DNA of 64,000 nt from Bdellovibrionales bacterium (GTDB lineage Bacteria; Bdellovibrionota; Bdellovibrionia; Bdellovibrionales; JAUICD01): contig OZ253553.1 of assembly GCA_965262715.1 (NCBI GenBank), positions 1,344,001-1,408,000 on the forward strand, read 5' to 3'. The position numbers were made by a program, and so were the translations under genes. Position 1 is the stretch's first letter, and the number at the start of each line of letters is the position of its first letter. The notes beneath the pieces were generated by a model. That model was not told where the DNA came from. It saw only the letters and a list, made by a program, of their open reading frames with translations, and searched no databases. This document shows, in pieces, positions 10,545-21,024 of this stretch.

Positions 10545-11236
10545 ATGAAAAACCCTACTCTTACTTCTAATTCTATTAATAAGCTTTTAAAAAATTACTT
10601 ATATTTTCTTTTATATCTTGTAATTTCTATAATCCTCTTTTTAGGGTTTATTTACAGCAGTTCTGAAATTTATAGCTCAATTTGTTTAAGCTTTTTTGTC
10701 AGTCTGGTTTCAAGTGGAATATTCTATTTAATTATTGTTTGGATTCCTTATAACCAAAAGAAAAAAATATTAAAGCTCACTTAAAAGAATGTAACAAAAG
10801 CTTTAAAGAACAATGCATTACCACATTTTTACATTGTGAAAAAGGTTATAGTGATAGTGACCTTGCTGAACGTCTTTTAGATTTAAAAACATTCAGAGAA
10901 TACTTTGATGAGAATAAATGGGATAAAGTTGTTGATGGTCTTGAAAATAAAGATTATTGGATTGATATTCAAAAAGAATTAGAAATTTTAAGAGAGGCAA
11001 TTGGTTATGCATTAAATCATTTAAATATTTCAAATCGTGAAGATATGTTTGCTCGCTTTAAGCATATTTTTTACTTCATTTATAAATTTAAAGAATGTAC
11101 ACTTAGCGAAAATGAAAATTGGAGTGATTATAAATGGATAAAAAGAGAACTTTGGATATGGTTTTCTGGTTATGACATGAACGCTCACAATCATCGAAAT
11201 ACAGATTATCTAGGGGAGTTAATAGACAACATATAA
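10545..11236 (+). pseudogene. Frameshifted 2-TM membrane protein (about 230 aa if repaired)
   Basis: ORF 10545-10784 continues in the -1 frame from the A7 tract at 10761-10767 without stops into the 11045-11236 ORF. Confidence 0.7.
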
Positions 11237-11417
11237 GTAGAGTTGTACTTGAGCAATCCTTTAACATGAAGATAGTCTTAATCCTTTTTCTAGAGACTTT
11301 TTCTTAAGTGTAACCAACTCCTTATAACCCACCTACTGATTTTTCTAGGCCTCATTCTTAGAGGTCTCTTCTTAAATGAGGAAAAAAATTACCAGCATTA
11401 ATAAATAGAAAGTACAC

Positions 11418-13173
11418 GTCTCAATCCCCCTTCCTAGAGGTCTTCTATCAAATTGAATCAGAAGTTAACTGAGATAGACCAGCTTGACACTTCTTGTCTC
11501 AATCCCCCTTCCTAGAGGTCTTCTATCAAATTGAATCAGAAGTTAACTGAGATAGACCAGCTTGACACTTCTTGTCTCAATCCCCCTTCCTAGAGGTCTT
11601 CTATCAAATTGAATCAGAAGTTAACTGAGATAGACCAGCTTGACACTTCTTGTCTCAATCCCCCTTCCTAGAGGTCTTCTATCAAATGCTTACTAAATGC
11701 TACTATAATATGTTGAATTGTTCGTCTCAATCCCCCTTCCTAGAGGTCTTCTATCAAATAAAGGAGGATTACTAATGACTAATAAAGAATTGTATGAGTC
11801 TCAATCCCCCTTCCTAGAGGTCTTCTATCAAATAATGGAAGTAACAAAACATGCACAAAGAATTATCTGCGTCTCAATCCCCCTTCCTAGAGGTCTTCTA
11901 TCAAATGAAGATTATCTATACCTAAAGAATCCTGATTGCTTAAAAGTCTCAATCCCCCTTCCTAGAGGTCTTCTATCAAATGAACATAAGGCAGGTGCGC
12001 TTGTCCAGACATTGTGATTAGTCTCAATCCCCCTTCCTAGAGGTCTTCTATCAAATGTCAATAAACCCTCAAACAAGCCTTAAAAGACGTGAGTCTCAAT
12101 CCCCCTTCCTAGAGGTCTTCTATCAAATAAATCCATAACAGAGGGCATTAAAGCATTGCTTGTGTGGTCTCAATCCCCCTTCCTAGAGGTCTTCTATCAA
12201 ATGAAAGAGTCTGAGTATACAATTCAAAGGATTTACACGGTCTCAATCCCCCTTCCTAGAGGTCTTCTATCAAATAGATTGAAAAAGAAGGCGTTCAACC
12301 TAAAAATGTCTTTGGTCTCAATCCCCCTTCCTAGAGGTCTTCTATCAAATAATTGAAAAAACAGTAGTGGCTGGGAGGAAAAAAATCCGTCTCAATCCCC
12401 CTTCCTAGAGGTCTTCTATCAAATTAGCGAAGTCTGTGATTACATTAACACCTATGTAAAAAATGAGTCTCAATCCCCCTTCCTAGAGGTCTTCTATCAA
12501 ATAATGCAATTATCTCATACTAAAGGAAGTTTTTCCCTGGTCTCAATCCCCCTTCCTAGAGGTCTTCTATCAAATCGATTCAGAGCTTCCGTATGTCTAT
12601 GTGAATGATGCATGTGTCTCAATCCCCCTTCCTAGAGGTCTTCTATCAAATCAAAAAGAATTTGATACATTTATCGGAATGGCTATCGGCGTCTCAATCC
12701 CCCTTCCTAGAGGTCTTCTATCAAATGCACTTCAAAAATTTAAAATTTGAAAGGATTTAATCCGTCTCAATCCCCCTTCCTAGAGGTCTTCTATCAAATG
12801 ACCTTGATCTAAGTCCACAGACTCAAAAGCTACAATAGGTCTCAATCCCCCTTCCTAGAGGTCTTCTATCAAATTATGTGAATTCGGTGTAAATAAATTC
12901 TTAGTTGAAAAACGATAGTCTCAATCCCCCTTCCTAGAGGTCTTCTATCAAATAAGTAGGCTGCAATGACAATCGATAAATTAATTGCAAAGTCTCAATC
13001 CCCCTTCCTAGAGGTCTTCTATCAAATAAATATGAGGTAATCACATCATTTTCAGTCTCTTTCCGTCTCAATCCCCCTTCCTAGAGGTCTTCTATCAAAT
13101 GTATAACGCAGTGTTTTAATCTTTTAGGGATGTCTCAGTCTCAATCCCCCTTCCTAGAGGTCTTCTATCAAAT
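11418..13173 (-). CRISPR. CRISPR array: 24 identical 36-bp repeats, 23 spacers (36-43 bp, 21 unique)
   Basis: Repeat GTCTCAATCCCCCTTCCTAGAGGTCTTCTATCAAAT on +, i.e. ATTTGATAGAAGACCTCTAGGAAGGGGGATTGAGAC on -, ending in a type III-like ATTGAGAC handle; degenerate repeats at about 11275-11309 and 11342-11377 mark the trailer. Confidence 0.99.
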
Positions 13174-13318
13174 CCACCTTTCCATAACGTATTAAAAATA
13201 TTTGTAAAAAAATCACTATATTCAACATCTATTTTTTACACCTGAAAAAATTTCAATAAGAATAAAAAATGTACTACAAACTCCTTTAAAATAAGCCATT
13301 TAACATCTTTCAGTTTCA
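13174..13318 (-). promoter_or_regulatory. CRISPR leader
   Basis: AT-rich non-coding stretch between the cas2 stop and the array end opposite the degenerate repeats. Confidence 0.75.
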
Positions 13319-13600
13319 TTACAATATTAAAAATTCCATATTTTCAACCACTTTTGGATATCCTAAATATTCAATTTTTGACATACATTTTTCACATACC
13401 TTATAAATACGAATAGAATCAGTGAATTCTAAGTGCTTCTTTTTTAACCTTGTTAAAAGCTCGTTGAATCCCTTTTCTGACATCACTCCTTCAAAAACAG
13501 ACTTTTGCACTCGGTATGTATAGCCAGAAACAATTCTCCCTACTTGCAGTCTTGTCTTATTGTCACTAATATCATAGCTTACTATATACCTTGCAACCAT
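13319..13600 (-). CDS. cas2: CRISPR-associated endoribonuclease Cas2
   Basis: YIVSYDI, RVQKSVFEG and DSIRIY motifs; 93 aa. Confidence 0.96.
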   Translation of the reverse strand: MVARYIVSYDISDNKTRLQVGRIVSGYTYRVQKSVFEGVMSEKGFNELLTRLKKKHLEFTDSIRIYKVCEKCMSKIEYLGYPKVVENMEFLIL

Positions 13601-13606
13601 TATTTA

Positions 13607-14629
13607 TTACACCTTTTTTTCATAAATATAAGGTTTATATTCAATATGAGAATGATTAATTGATTTTTTAAATAGTTCTATGCTTAAGCGAACAATTTCT
13701 CTAAAACTTTTGAATTTTCCTTGGTGCCAATGCTTTTTCTTATTGAGATCATTTTCATAATGTTCAATAAACCTCTTAAAGTTTTCTTTCTTAAGATAAC
13801 AACTTTGATCTTTCTTAAATTCAAAATCTTCATTATCAAAAATATTTTTATTAAAAAGACGCAAAATCAATCGATCAATCACTATATGCCGATATTCCTC
13901 AACTAAATCAAGAGCTAATGAAGCTCTGCCATATTTGAGTTTATGATAAAAACCTACATAAGGGTCAAACCCATGCCCCATTAAAAGAGCCTGAATTTCT
14001 CTTGCTAACATAGAATACCCAAAAGATAATGTTGCATTAATAGGATCAGAGGATGGAAAATATTTTCTTCCACGAAACAGATTAGGATCCTTCAAAGCAT
14101 ACTTAAAGTTTTGAAAATAAAGATCAGCTCCATGCCCCTCCAACCCTAAAAGAGATTCAATGGAAGGTGCACCTTCTATCTTTTTTAAAATTTTTTCAAA
14201 AGACCTTTTATGATTAAGCTTAAACTGACTCCTATTTGATAAATGGTATTTTTGAAGAAGTGCTACGCCATTTTTGATTTTAGATGCTACTATTTTCTTA
14301 GAAAATTTTAAGCAAAAGTCTTGATCCCTAGATAGATCATAAACATTCATACGTAAAAAAACATTTTTTGAAGAGCTAGGAAAACAATAAGACCTAAAAT
14401 GTCCTCGTTGAGTGTGAAATGATATAGGAATGTCTGACTGACCACAAGCCAGAATAGCTTGAGTTGTGATCTGTATTGGACCTAACAAAACCAATGCTCC
14501 TAAGGATTTTATAGGGATTTTCATTAGTTCTTGATCTTCGAGTGTCACCAGCAAAACTTCATGCTGTTTGCTGATCACTGCACCTTGATCCAAAACATAA
14601 AGTGTTTTATTAGCTAAACTTCTTGCCAT
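13607..14629 (-). CDS. cas1: CRISPR-associated endonuclease Cas1 (no RT fusion)
   Basis: LLGLEG, DPINATLSFGY, GFYH and SLALDLVEEYR motifs. Confidence 0.97.
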   Translation of the reverse strand: MARSLANKTLYVLDQGAVISKQHEVLLVTLEDQELMKIPIKSLGALVLLGPIQITTQAILACGQSDIPISFHTQRGHFRSYCFPSSSKNVFLRMNVYDLSRDQDFCLKFSKKIVASKIKNGVALLQKYHLSNRSQFKLNHKRSFEKILKKIEGAPSIESLLGLEGHGADLYFQNFKYALKDPNLFRGRKYFPSSDPINATLSFGYSMLAREIQALLMGHGFDPYVGFYHKLKYGRASLALDLVEEYRHIVIDRLILRLFNKNIFDNEDFEFKKDQSCYLKKENFKRFIEHYENDLNKKKHWHQGKFKSFREIVRLSIELFKKSINHSHIEYKPYIYEKKV

Positions 14630-15615
14630 ATTCCCTTACACCATCCTATTGGCATCCTAAAATCAATACTCTTTCTAAACGAAGATTTATGACTCACAAA
14701 ATTTTGATCTTGTGGCCTTTTAAAAGACTCACTTCCTAAACATTTTTTGGTCCACACACCACCATGACCACCTAAAGAAATCAAAAACTCCTGCTTTGAC
14801 ATATCAATTGCATTTACCTTCACCTCAAAGGCATCACTTAAGTCACCATCCTTTTGATAAACTTGCTCTTTTAACTTTTCGAAAGCAGACAAATAAAACT
14901 TATGGGCCTGCTTAAAATCATAAGGCTTATCAAGACTGTCTTGAATTTCACATACAAAAGAACTTCCCGGTGTTAAGTATTGACAATAACAAGGAATGCT
15001 ATTGACACGATTTTTATTATGATGCCTACGAAGTCTTTTAGGATCAGGGAAGTTCTTCACTTCAATATTGCCAACATGCACCTTAAGTTTGTGATGGTCA
15101 GAGTCTCTGACCAAAAATTGATTAAAAGGATCCTCTTCAATGCTTTTAGCACTACCATCTTTTGGTTTAAAATATTTAAGGTTATGTTTTATATATGGAG
15201 TTTTAAGCATTCCTTTGACACTTGATCCAGGAACATAAACTCCCATACGACCTGTAGAAAATAAATGAATAAAAATCTGATTTTTGACTTTGCCCTGCTT
15301 TTTATTTTCCTCTATCTTGTTAAAAATATCCTCATCAAAGGTATCCCCTAAAATTTGTCTATTTAGGTTATATTCTTCTACAAATTTTGCATATTCATCT
15401 GGTATCAAAAATTCTTTTTTGCTCTCAATAAGCTTAAGAAATTCTTTAGTGATTTCCTCCTGACAAACACTTTCAGGATGGATTTCATATAAGGCTTTAG
15501 AGTTTTTGCCATTTGTTGGGTCTAGATAGGGCATAATATTGAGGTGATCTATTTGCTGGCCAGATCCAATAAAAACAGGAGTTAAGCATTCAAACTGCAA
15601 CTTGATTTTTCTCAT
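14614..15615 (-). CDS. csm5: Type III-A RAMP protein Csm5
   Basis: LTPVFIGSG, YVPGSSVKG, C-terminal PIGW; position in operon. Confidence 0.85.
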   Translation of the reverse strand: MRKIKLQFECLTPVFIGSGQQIDHLNIMPYLDPTNGKNSKALYEIHPESVCQEEITKEFLKLIESKKEFLIPDEYAKFVEEYNLNRQILGDTFDEDIFNKIEENKKQGKVKNQIFIHLFSTGRMGVYVPGSSVKGMLKTPYIKHNLKYFKPKDGSAKSIEEDPFNQFLVRDSDHHKLKVHVGNIEVKNFPDPKRLRRHHNKNRVNSIPCYCQYLTPGSSFVCEIQDSLDKPYDFKQAHKFYLSAFEKLKEQVYQKDGDLSDAFEVKVNAIDMSKQEFLISLGGHGGVWTKKCLGSESFKRPQDQNFVSHKSSFRKSIDFRMPIGWCKGIWQEV

Positions 15616-16568
15616 GCGGCATCTTCCTCATACACTATATCCATATCAATGTGTTGAATAGGTGAAAACCCATAAATCAACCGATTGTTTTTGACTCTTA
15701 GACACTTTCCTAAATGTTGAGGCGTCTTATCTTGAGATGAAAAAACAGAGCGAGATTGGACTCTTGTGATCTTTGGATAAATCTGTCCATCAAACCCTCT
15801 ACTCGGTGCTGTTGTCAGCTGATAATAGCCCTTAGAAGGATCACCTGTTTTAGGAATAAAACTTGCCAGAGCCATAACTGCCTTAGCCGATGTTTCAAAA
15901 TCAAAATTTAATTCTTGAACCTCTATATTTTTCACAACACCTAAACCAATGCTGGTTTTTCTACCTAAACCTGTCACCTTAAGATAAGAAAAATACTGCT
16001 CTAGTTGGCTTTTCTCAAAACAAGGACTGTCTACAATGATTTGAAACTTTGCCTTTTTTGAGCTTGTTTTTTCTGAATGGATATTTTCTGGATGTTTTGG
16101 ATAAAACACTTCAAGTGGATAAGGGGTGGCTTGCGTGGTTTGGTTTTCTTCCCTTTCAATGGCATTGCGGGTGAGATGTTGCCTCTCAAAAAAATCATTT
16201 TCCGTTTTTAACAAATGGTTTTCTGTGACCCATCGCATAATGTGTTCTTGGTTTACAATTTTTGTATCTTCTTTGCAATATTTGGCTTTTTTCCATTTTT
16301 TTGTTTGTTTTGTGTCATTGGTTCTCTCACTAGTTTGTTCACTAGATTTTAAAATATTAAAAGGGATCAAATGCCATCCTGAAGGGTGCATATCTGATAA
16401 AATTAGAGCGGTTTTGTTTTCTACTAAGTCGAGAAACTCTTCAAGTTTGACTTCATCTTCAAATTCTCTAATAGCCCAACACAAACCCCCAAAAATAGTG
16501 GTGGATCTAGGGATGCTCCCTAAAACAGTATTTCCAGAAAGTTCAATCTTTACACAAAATCGTTTCAT
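15612..16568 (-). CDS. csm4: Type III-A RAMP protein Csm4 (Cas5 group)
   Basis: PRSTTIFGGLCWA, LILSD and GLGRKTSIGLG motifs. Confidence 0.88.
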   Translation of the reverse strand: MKRFCVKIELSGNTVLGSIPRSTTIFGGLCWAIREFEDEVKLEEFLDLVENKTALILSDMHPSGWHLIPFNILKSSEQTSERTNDTKQTKKWKKAKYCKEDTKIVNQEHIMRWVTENHLLKTENDFFERQHLTRNAIEREENQTTQATPYPLEVFYPKHPENIHSEKTSSKKAKFQIIVDSPCFEKSQLEQYFSYLKVTGLGRKTSIGLGVVKNIEVQELNFDFETSAKAVMALASFIPKTGDPSKGYYQLTTAPSRGFDGQIYPKITRVQSRSVFSSQDKTPQHLGKCLRVKNNRLIYGFSPIQHIDMDIVYEEDAA

Positions 16569-17173
16569 TAGGCTGACTCTTTCAAATTGACTGTGATTTC
16601 TTTTTCTTCTAAATTTTCTATTTTTACTTGACCATACCCTCTTGTCCCCATCCCTCCAAGATAACTATTTTCTAAAAGATCAAGACCCTTGTTAATCAGT
16701 TCTAAATGATCTTCGTTTTTAAGAATGATCTCTAGATCAAAGCTCACACACGGTTGAACTCTTTCAATTGTTCTTAAACTACCTCCTTTAGCATTACCTT
16801 TTTCTCGATCTATAGCTGTTTCCATTTTTTCTTCGTAGAGTTTTCTTTGATCCTCACCCTTAAATCTTTCTTGATCTTCTTGACATAAAAATGCATCACG
16901 AAAAATCACTTGACCTACTTGAATATTCTTTTGATCGTCTCTAGGTGCATTTCCAAATGCTTCTTTCATTCCTTTTGATTCATCTTCAGCTTTTTTACCC
17001 TTAGCAAGAAGAGAACGGATTTTCCCTTTTAAGGAAGATCCTGGGATATAAGGGTAGTCATTGAGGAGATTTTTAATGACAGGTGCATCTATACCACCAA
17101 TCCCAATTTGATCTTTACCCATTCCAATATGCATCCCTGTTATAACTTTGATTTTGCCAGTTAACTTTAACAT
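16568..17173 (-). CDS. csm3: Type III-A RAMP protein Csm3 (Cas7 group)
   Basis: TGMHIG, IGGID with catalytic Asp retained, PYIPGSSLKGKIRSL, YLGGMGTRGYG. Confidence 0.95.
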   Translation of the reverse strand: MLKLTGKIKVITGMHIGMGKDQIGIGGIDAPVIKNLLNDYPYIPGSSLKGKIRSLLAKGKKAEDESKGMKEAFGNAPRDDQKNIQVGQVIFRDAFLCQEDQERFKGEDQRKLYEEKMETAIDREKGNAKGGSLRTIERVQPCVSFDLEIILKNEDHLELINKGLDLLENSYLGGMGTRGYGQVKIENLEEKEITVNLKESA

Positions 17174-17250
17174 AAAATCCTCCCTGTTTTTTTCTAGATT
17201 AAAAAAAACTTAAAGCCTCTAACGATTTTTAAATTGTCAGATAGCTATAG

Positions 17251-17664
17251 CTATTTACCCTCCCCATAAAACCCATACACAGCTGTAAAAAATGACTTTG
17301 CTCGATCGCGATCAAGTTGTTCATTTCCTACAACCAATTGAATCAATTGTTCAAGAAATTGAGCCATCTCATCAGCTAATACCTTCCTGCTCTTTTGATA
17401 ATGGATCTTTGGAAGCAGCATTCTTAATTTGAAAGTATTTGGACTTTCAATAGCCACATTGAATTCATCATAAAATTTTCTAATTTGATTTTTTCCTCCT
17501 CTTTTGAATTTGTCAGCAATGTCTTTAGCATGTTCTATAAACATTTCATCTTTTTTTATTTTGTCCGGCTCTAATTTAATGCTTATACGATTCTCAGTAT
17601 GTTTCTGGCGATAATTTCCTTTTTGATTTGACTTGTAATTTTTACGATGATTTGGATAATTCAT
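17251..17664 (-). CDS. csm2: Type III-A small subunit Csm2 (Cas11)
   Basis: NQIRKFYD, LLPKIHYQKSR and FFTAVYGF; lies between cas10 and csm3. Confidence 0.88.
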   Translation of the reverse strand: MNYPNHRKNYKSNQKGNYRQKHTENRISIKLEPDKIKKDEMFIEHAKDIADKFKRGGKNQIRKFYDEFNVAIESPNTFKLRMLLPKIHYQKSRKVLADEMAQFLEQLIQLVVGNEQLDRDRAKSFFTAVYGFYGEGK

Positions 17665-20050
17665 TTTCTTTTTCCTCCTTTTGTCTTTGATCTAATAAAT
17701 GAAACTCAATAGCTTGTTGGTTGTAAAATTGACTCAATGATGAGTTGCTATGATCTTTTAAAACTTTAAAAATACCTTCAATCTTATTAAAATTTTTATT
17801 CTGAACTCCATTTTCAGGAGGAAACTTCCTTTGAAGGTAATAGTTGTAATAGGCTGGCCATAAAAGATCATGACGTGTAGGACGCTTTTGCCTTGCTGAA
17901 TGGGAAAATTGCAAAAGACGGCGAAATAAACCTATGCTATTTTCCATACCCTCTGCAATCTCTTTAAGGTTATTCCACATTTTAAACATCTCATCTAACT
18001 CTTCCCATTTCATCATTTCACTGTGAAGAAATATCTGATTTTTCCCTTCTTGATTTTTGACATGACTTAAATCATCTTCCACACTTTCTGCTAAGCTCAA
18101 TAAAGGGCTACTACTTTTAAATAATTGATAAGCACAACTCCACCCTAGTTTATTATAACTCAAGCTTTTAAATTCTGATTGGATTTGTTGCAGAAACTTT
18201 GGCAAAACATTATGATTGCCAACTAGAAAAAAATCATCTCCCGCCAAATACACAGGATAAATTTTGTACTTATATTTCTCTTGAATGATTTGTTGGGATC
18301 GTCCTCTAAAAAACCATTGGACCTGATGACTTAATGACGCTAGTTCTCCTGTTGATTTTGGATTTTGAATAATAAAGTTCCCAAGATCATCCACATCGGC
18401 CTTCACAATTGCCAAATATACCGATTTTTCATTCATTTCATCAAAGCTCAAAATATCGCCCTCACCTTCTTTTTTGAAGGGAGTGCTAAAATATCCTTGA
18501 TTTTGTGGTAAAAATTTAAAATCAGAACTTTCTTTCAATACTTGAATGGAAAATATAGAATCACTTTTAGAAATTGCATTTGGAGTCTCTTTATTGATCT
18601 GATCTGCTTGTAAATAGGAAAGATAAACTCCCTCAAAGACCTTAGTAGCATGACCTTGAAGCTTTTGAGTGCTAAAAACCCTTACATCATGCTTGACATC
18701 TTTTTCCCCAATTTTGATGAAACTTTCACAAGAATCACAAATAAAATTATCTTCTTCATTTTCCTCTTGATCTTGCTTAAGCTTCCCTTCTTGTTCCTTG
18801 CAGTAACGGCAAAGCTCCCCATTGATTTCTTGAATATCTTTGTCTTGATTGATTTGACTCCATGCCTTATCCTCATATCGTTTAAGAGGTTGAAATTTGC
18901 TTTGATGAAGTCCTTCATAAACTTCCTTTTGAAAATCTTTGAATTTATCTTTCTCAAATTGCTTATAATCAACATTTTCTTTTAAAATATATTCAAACCC
19001 AATCAAATGACCATATTTTTTCTGTAATTCATTCTTAAAATCAATGAGAATCCCATGTATTTCATCCTTTTTTATAGAAGCTGGTAAGAGATAAGAGATT
19101 TTACCTTTGGTATTAAGAAAAATATTGGCATAGCTCACAGACAATGAAGATAGCCTGTAAGTGAGCACTTCAGAAACCAGTTCTACAAAAGTAGATTTGC
19201 CCCTTAATATTTTAGTAGCCTGTTTGGTCTTATAAACATTGTAAATGAATTTTTGGATTCCAGATATTTCTACCAATAAATAATGACATTTATTTTGGTT
19301 TTCCGATAGGCAATGAGCAAAATCCGCCGTTATCCTTTGATGGTCATACAAAGATACTTTTGGATGATCTGTATTGGTAGCAGCAGGAACCCATGTTAAA
19401 TATTTTCTTTGCATTTCACATAATAGAAATATCAAAAGCTGTTCATTGTTTTGATATTTATCCCAAACATCTTTAACCCATTTCACTAAATCATTCCATA
19501 TTGAAACATGCATTTTATGAATTTCTTCACGATCTTCTCTATTTCTCCAATCTAAAAATTCACTTGAAAGGTTTTTCAATGAATCATATTTGTCACAATG
19601 GTGGGGTTTAATAAAAATAGATTGATCCCATTCATTCTTTTGATGAATTTTATTATTGTTTTGGGAGACATCAAAAAAACTGGTTACAGCTAATTTACTC
19701 CATTGTTGGTTGTAGTCGTCTTTAGGCGTTCCTCGATCATGTCCTGAACTGATCCGATCCGCATCCTGCACAAATTTTGCTTCACCTTCAAGATTGTGTT
19801 GATGATGTAATGATGCCCATTTCATAATATCTCTAATATCTTGTGGAAGAGTTCCACCAAATACCTTATCAAAAAACTCCACTGTCCAAAGAACATGTCT
19901 ATGGGTATATCTGTCTTGATTTAAAGGACAATATTCTGATTCTGCATTTTGTGTGCTTTGGGATAACTCAATACCTGCTCTTTCCCCTAACTTTCCAATA
20001 TCATGAAAAAGACCAGCAATTTGTATTTTTTGCCATTGACTTAGTGCCAT
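17642..20050 (-). CDS. cas10: Cas10/Csm1 with HD nuclease and Palm domains
   Basis: GLFHDIGK (HD), VSLYDH, ISGIQKFIY, zinc-finger Cys pairs, KADVDDLG, YLAGDD; start moved to ATG 20050 because an AAAGGAG RBS lies just upstream and this removes the cas6 overlap. Confidence 0.95.
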   Translation of the reverse strand: MALSQWQKIQIAGLFHDIGKLGERAGIELSQSTQNAESEYCPLNQDRYTHRHVLWTVEFFDKVFGGTLPQDIRDIMKWASLHHQHNLEGEAKFVQDADRISSGHDRGTPKDDYNQQWSKLAVTSFFDVSQNNNKIHQKNEWDQSIFIKPHHCDKYDSLKNLSSEFLDWRNREDREEIHKMHVSIWNDLVKWVKDVWDKYQNNEQLLIFLLCEMQRKYLTWVPAATNTDHPKVSLYDHQRITADFAHCLSENQNKCHYLLVEISGIQKFIYNVYKTKQATKILRGKSTFVELVSEVLTYRLSSLSVSYANIFLNTKGKISYLLPASIKKDEIHGILIDFKNELQKKYGHLIGFEYILKENVDYKQFEKDKFKDFQKEVYEGLHQSKFQPLKRYEDKAWSQINQDKDIQEINGELCRYCKEQEGKLKQDQEENEEDNFICDSCESFIKIGEKDVKHDVRVFSTQKLQGHATKVFEGVYLSYLQADQINKETPNAISKSDSIFSIQVLKESSDFKFLPQNQGYFSTPFKKEGEGDILSFDEMNEKSVYLAIVKADVDDLGNFIIQNPKSTGELASLSHQVQWFFRGRSQQIIQEKYKYKIYPVYLAGDDFFLVGNHNVLPKFLQQIQSEFKSLSYNKLGWSCAYQLFKSSSPLLSLAESVEDDLSHVKNQEGKNQIFLHSEMMKWEELDEMFKMWNNLKEIAEGMENSIGLFRRLLQFSHSARQKRPTRHDLLWPAYYNYYLQRKFPPENGVQNKNFNKIEGIFKVLKDHSNSSLSQFYNQQAIEFHLLDQRQKEEKENELSKSS

Positions 20051-20054
20051 AAGC

Positions 20055-20870
20055 TCAAGCTCCTTTCTTGAGAGTTTGAGTGTCTTGGATATCAATGTCG
20101 TGGATATAAATATCTCCAAAGCCAAATGTTCTTGCTTTTCCAAGCCCTAAAAATTTTCCAGACACTAAATAAGATGTCAGTCTTCCATCAGGATCAAAAA
20201 GCTTGTATGTTCCAATAAGACCGCCCATCCTCATAGATGTTTTTTGTCGGTGAGAGAAACGTTGAAAATCAATCCAACGTTCAAATATTTTAATCACTTC
20301 AATATTTTCAGAAGACTTCATGCCAAAGATACCTCCAATATTTTTATTATCAATTTGAGTCACTAGCTTTTTGCTTTTCTTAATTCTTAAAGGAGTTCTA
20401 AGGTGCAGAATGAAATTATTTTTTTGAGGAAGAGATATGTCTTTGGTATTTTTGATTTGTACTTTGTTTGATAAAATCTTTCTGTTTTCATAAAGGGTTT
20501 GGTCAAAGTTTTTGACAGATACCATCTCAAATCTATCTGTCTTAAAATATTCCATGACTTTAATGATATGGAGAGCATAATTGAGAGACTTTGACCACAA
20601 GATGATTTTAAAGCTAAACTGATCTCCTTGTTTCAATTGCATTTTCTCTGGAGGAGATATTCGCCAGTTTTTATCTTCCACCTCATACATTTGAAAGTAA
20701 GGACAGGTTGCTTGTAGCATGCATTTTGAGCAAGGTGTGCCTTTTTGAATACAAAAAGTTCTTTTGAGCTTCATTCCTAAAAAACCACGTAAATGGTTTG
20801 CCCAAAACCAATCAATATTATAGGTAGAATTAGACCTCAAAGAAAATAATAGCTCTGTAAATTTCACCAA
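20055..20870 (-). CDS. cas6: crRNA processing endoribonuclease Cas6
   Basis: LRGFLG, Cys cluster CxxxxxxCxxCxxxxxCPY, G-rich loop GLGKARTFGFG. Confidence 0.92.
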   Translation of the reverse strand: MVKFTELLFSLRSNSTYNIDWFWANHLRGFLGMKLKRTFCIQKGTPCSKCMLQATCPYFQMYEVEDKNWRISPPEKMQLKQGDQFSFKIILWSKSLNYALHIIKVMEYFKTDRFEMVSVKNFDQTLYENRKILSNKVQIKNTKDISLPQKNNFILHLRTPLRIKKSKKLVTQIDNKNIGGIFGMKSSENIEVIKIFERWIDFQRFSHRQKTSMRMGGLIGTYKLFDPDGRLTSYLVSGKFLGLGKARTFGFGDIYIHDIDIQDTQTLKKGA

Positions 20871-21024
20871 AGTTCCTTTCAGAAATACGAATTCAAATTC
20901 ACCACATAGTTTATTATTGTCTTAACTCTAAATTTAAGATCAAAAACTTATTTGAAAGGTCTTAAATGAAAATTTAACTTGCAAACCTGAGATGAAAATA
21001 GTTATTTGCAATTTTTTAGACACA

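Noticed and set aside
11718..12356. ORFs containing VSIPLPRGLLSN repeats
   Set aside because: Translations of the CRISPR repeats
16126..16590. 154-aa antisense ORF and other short antisense or nested ORFs
   Set aside because: Shadow frames of well-supported genes
20051..20143. N-terminal extension of Cas10 in the ORF track
   Set aside because: Overlaps cas6 by 89 bp; ATG 20050 has a proper RBS
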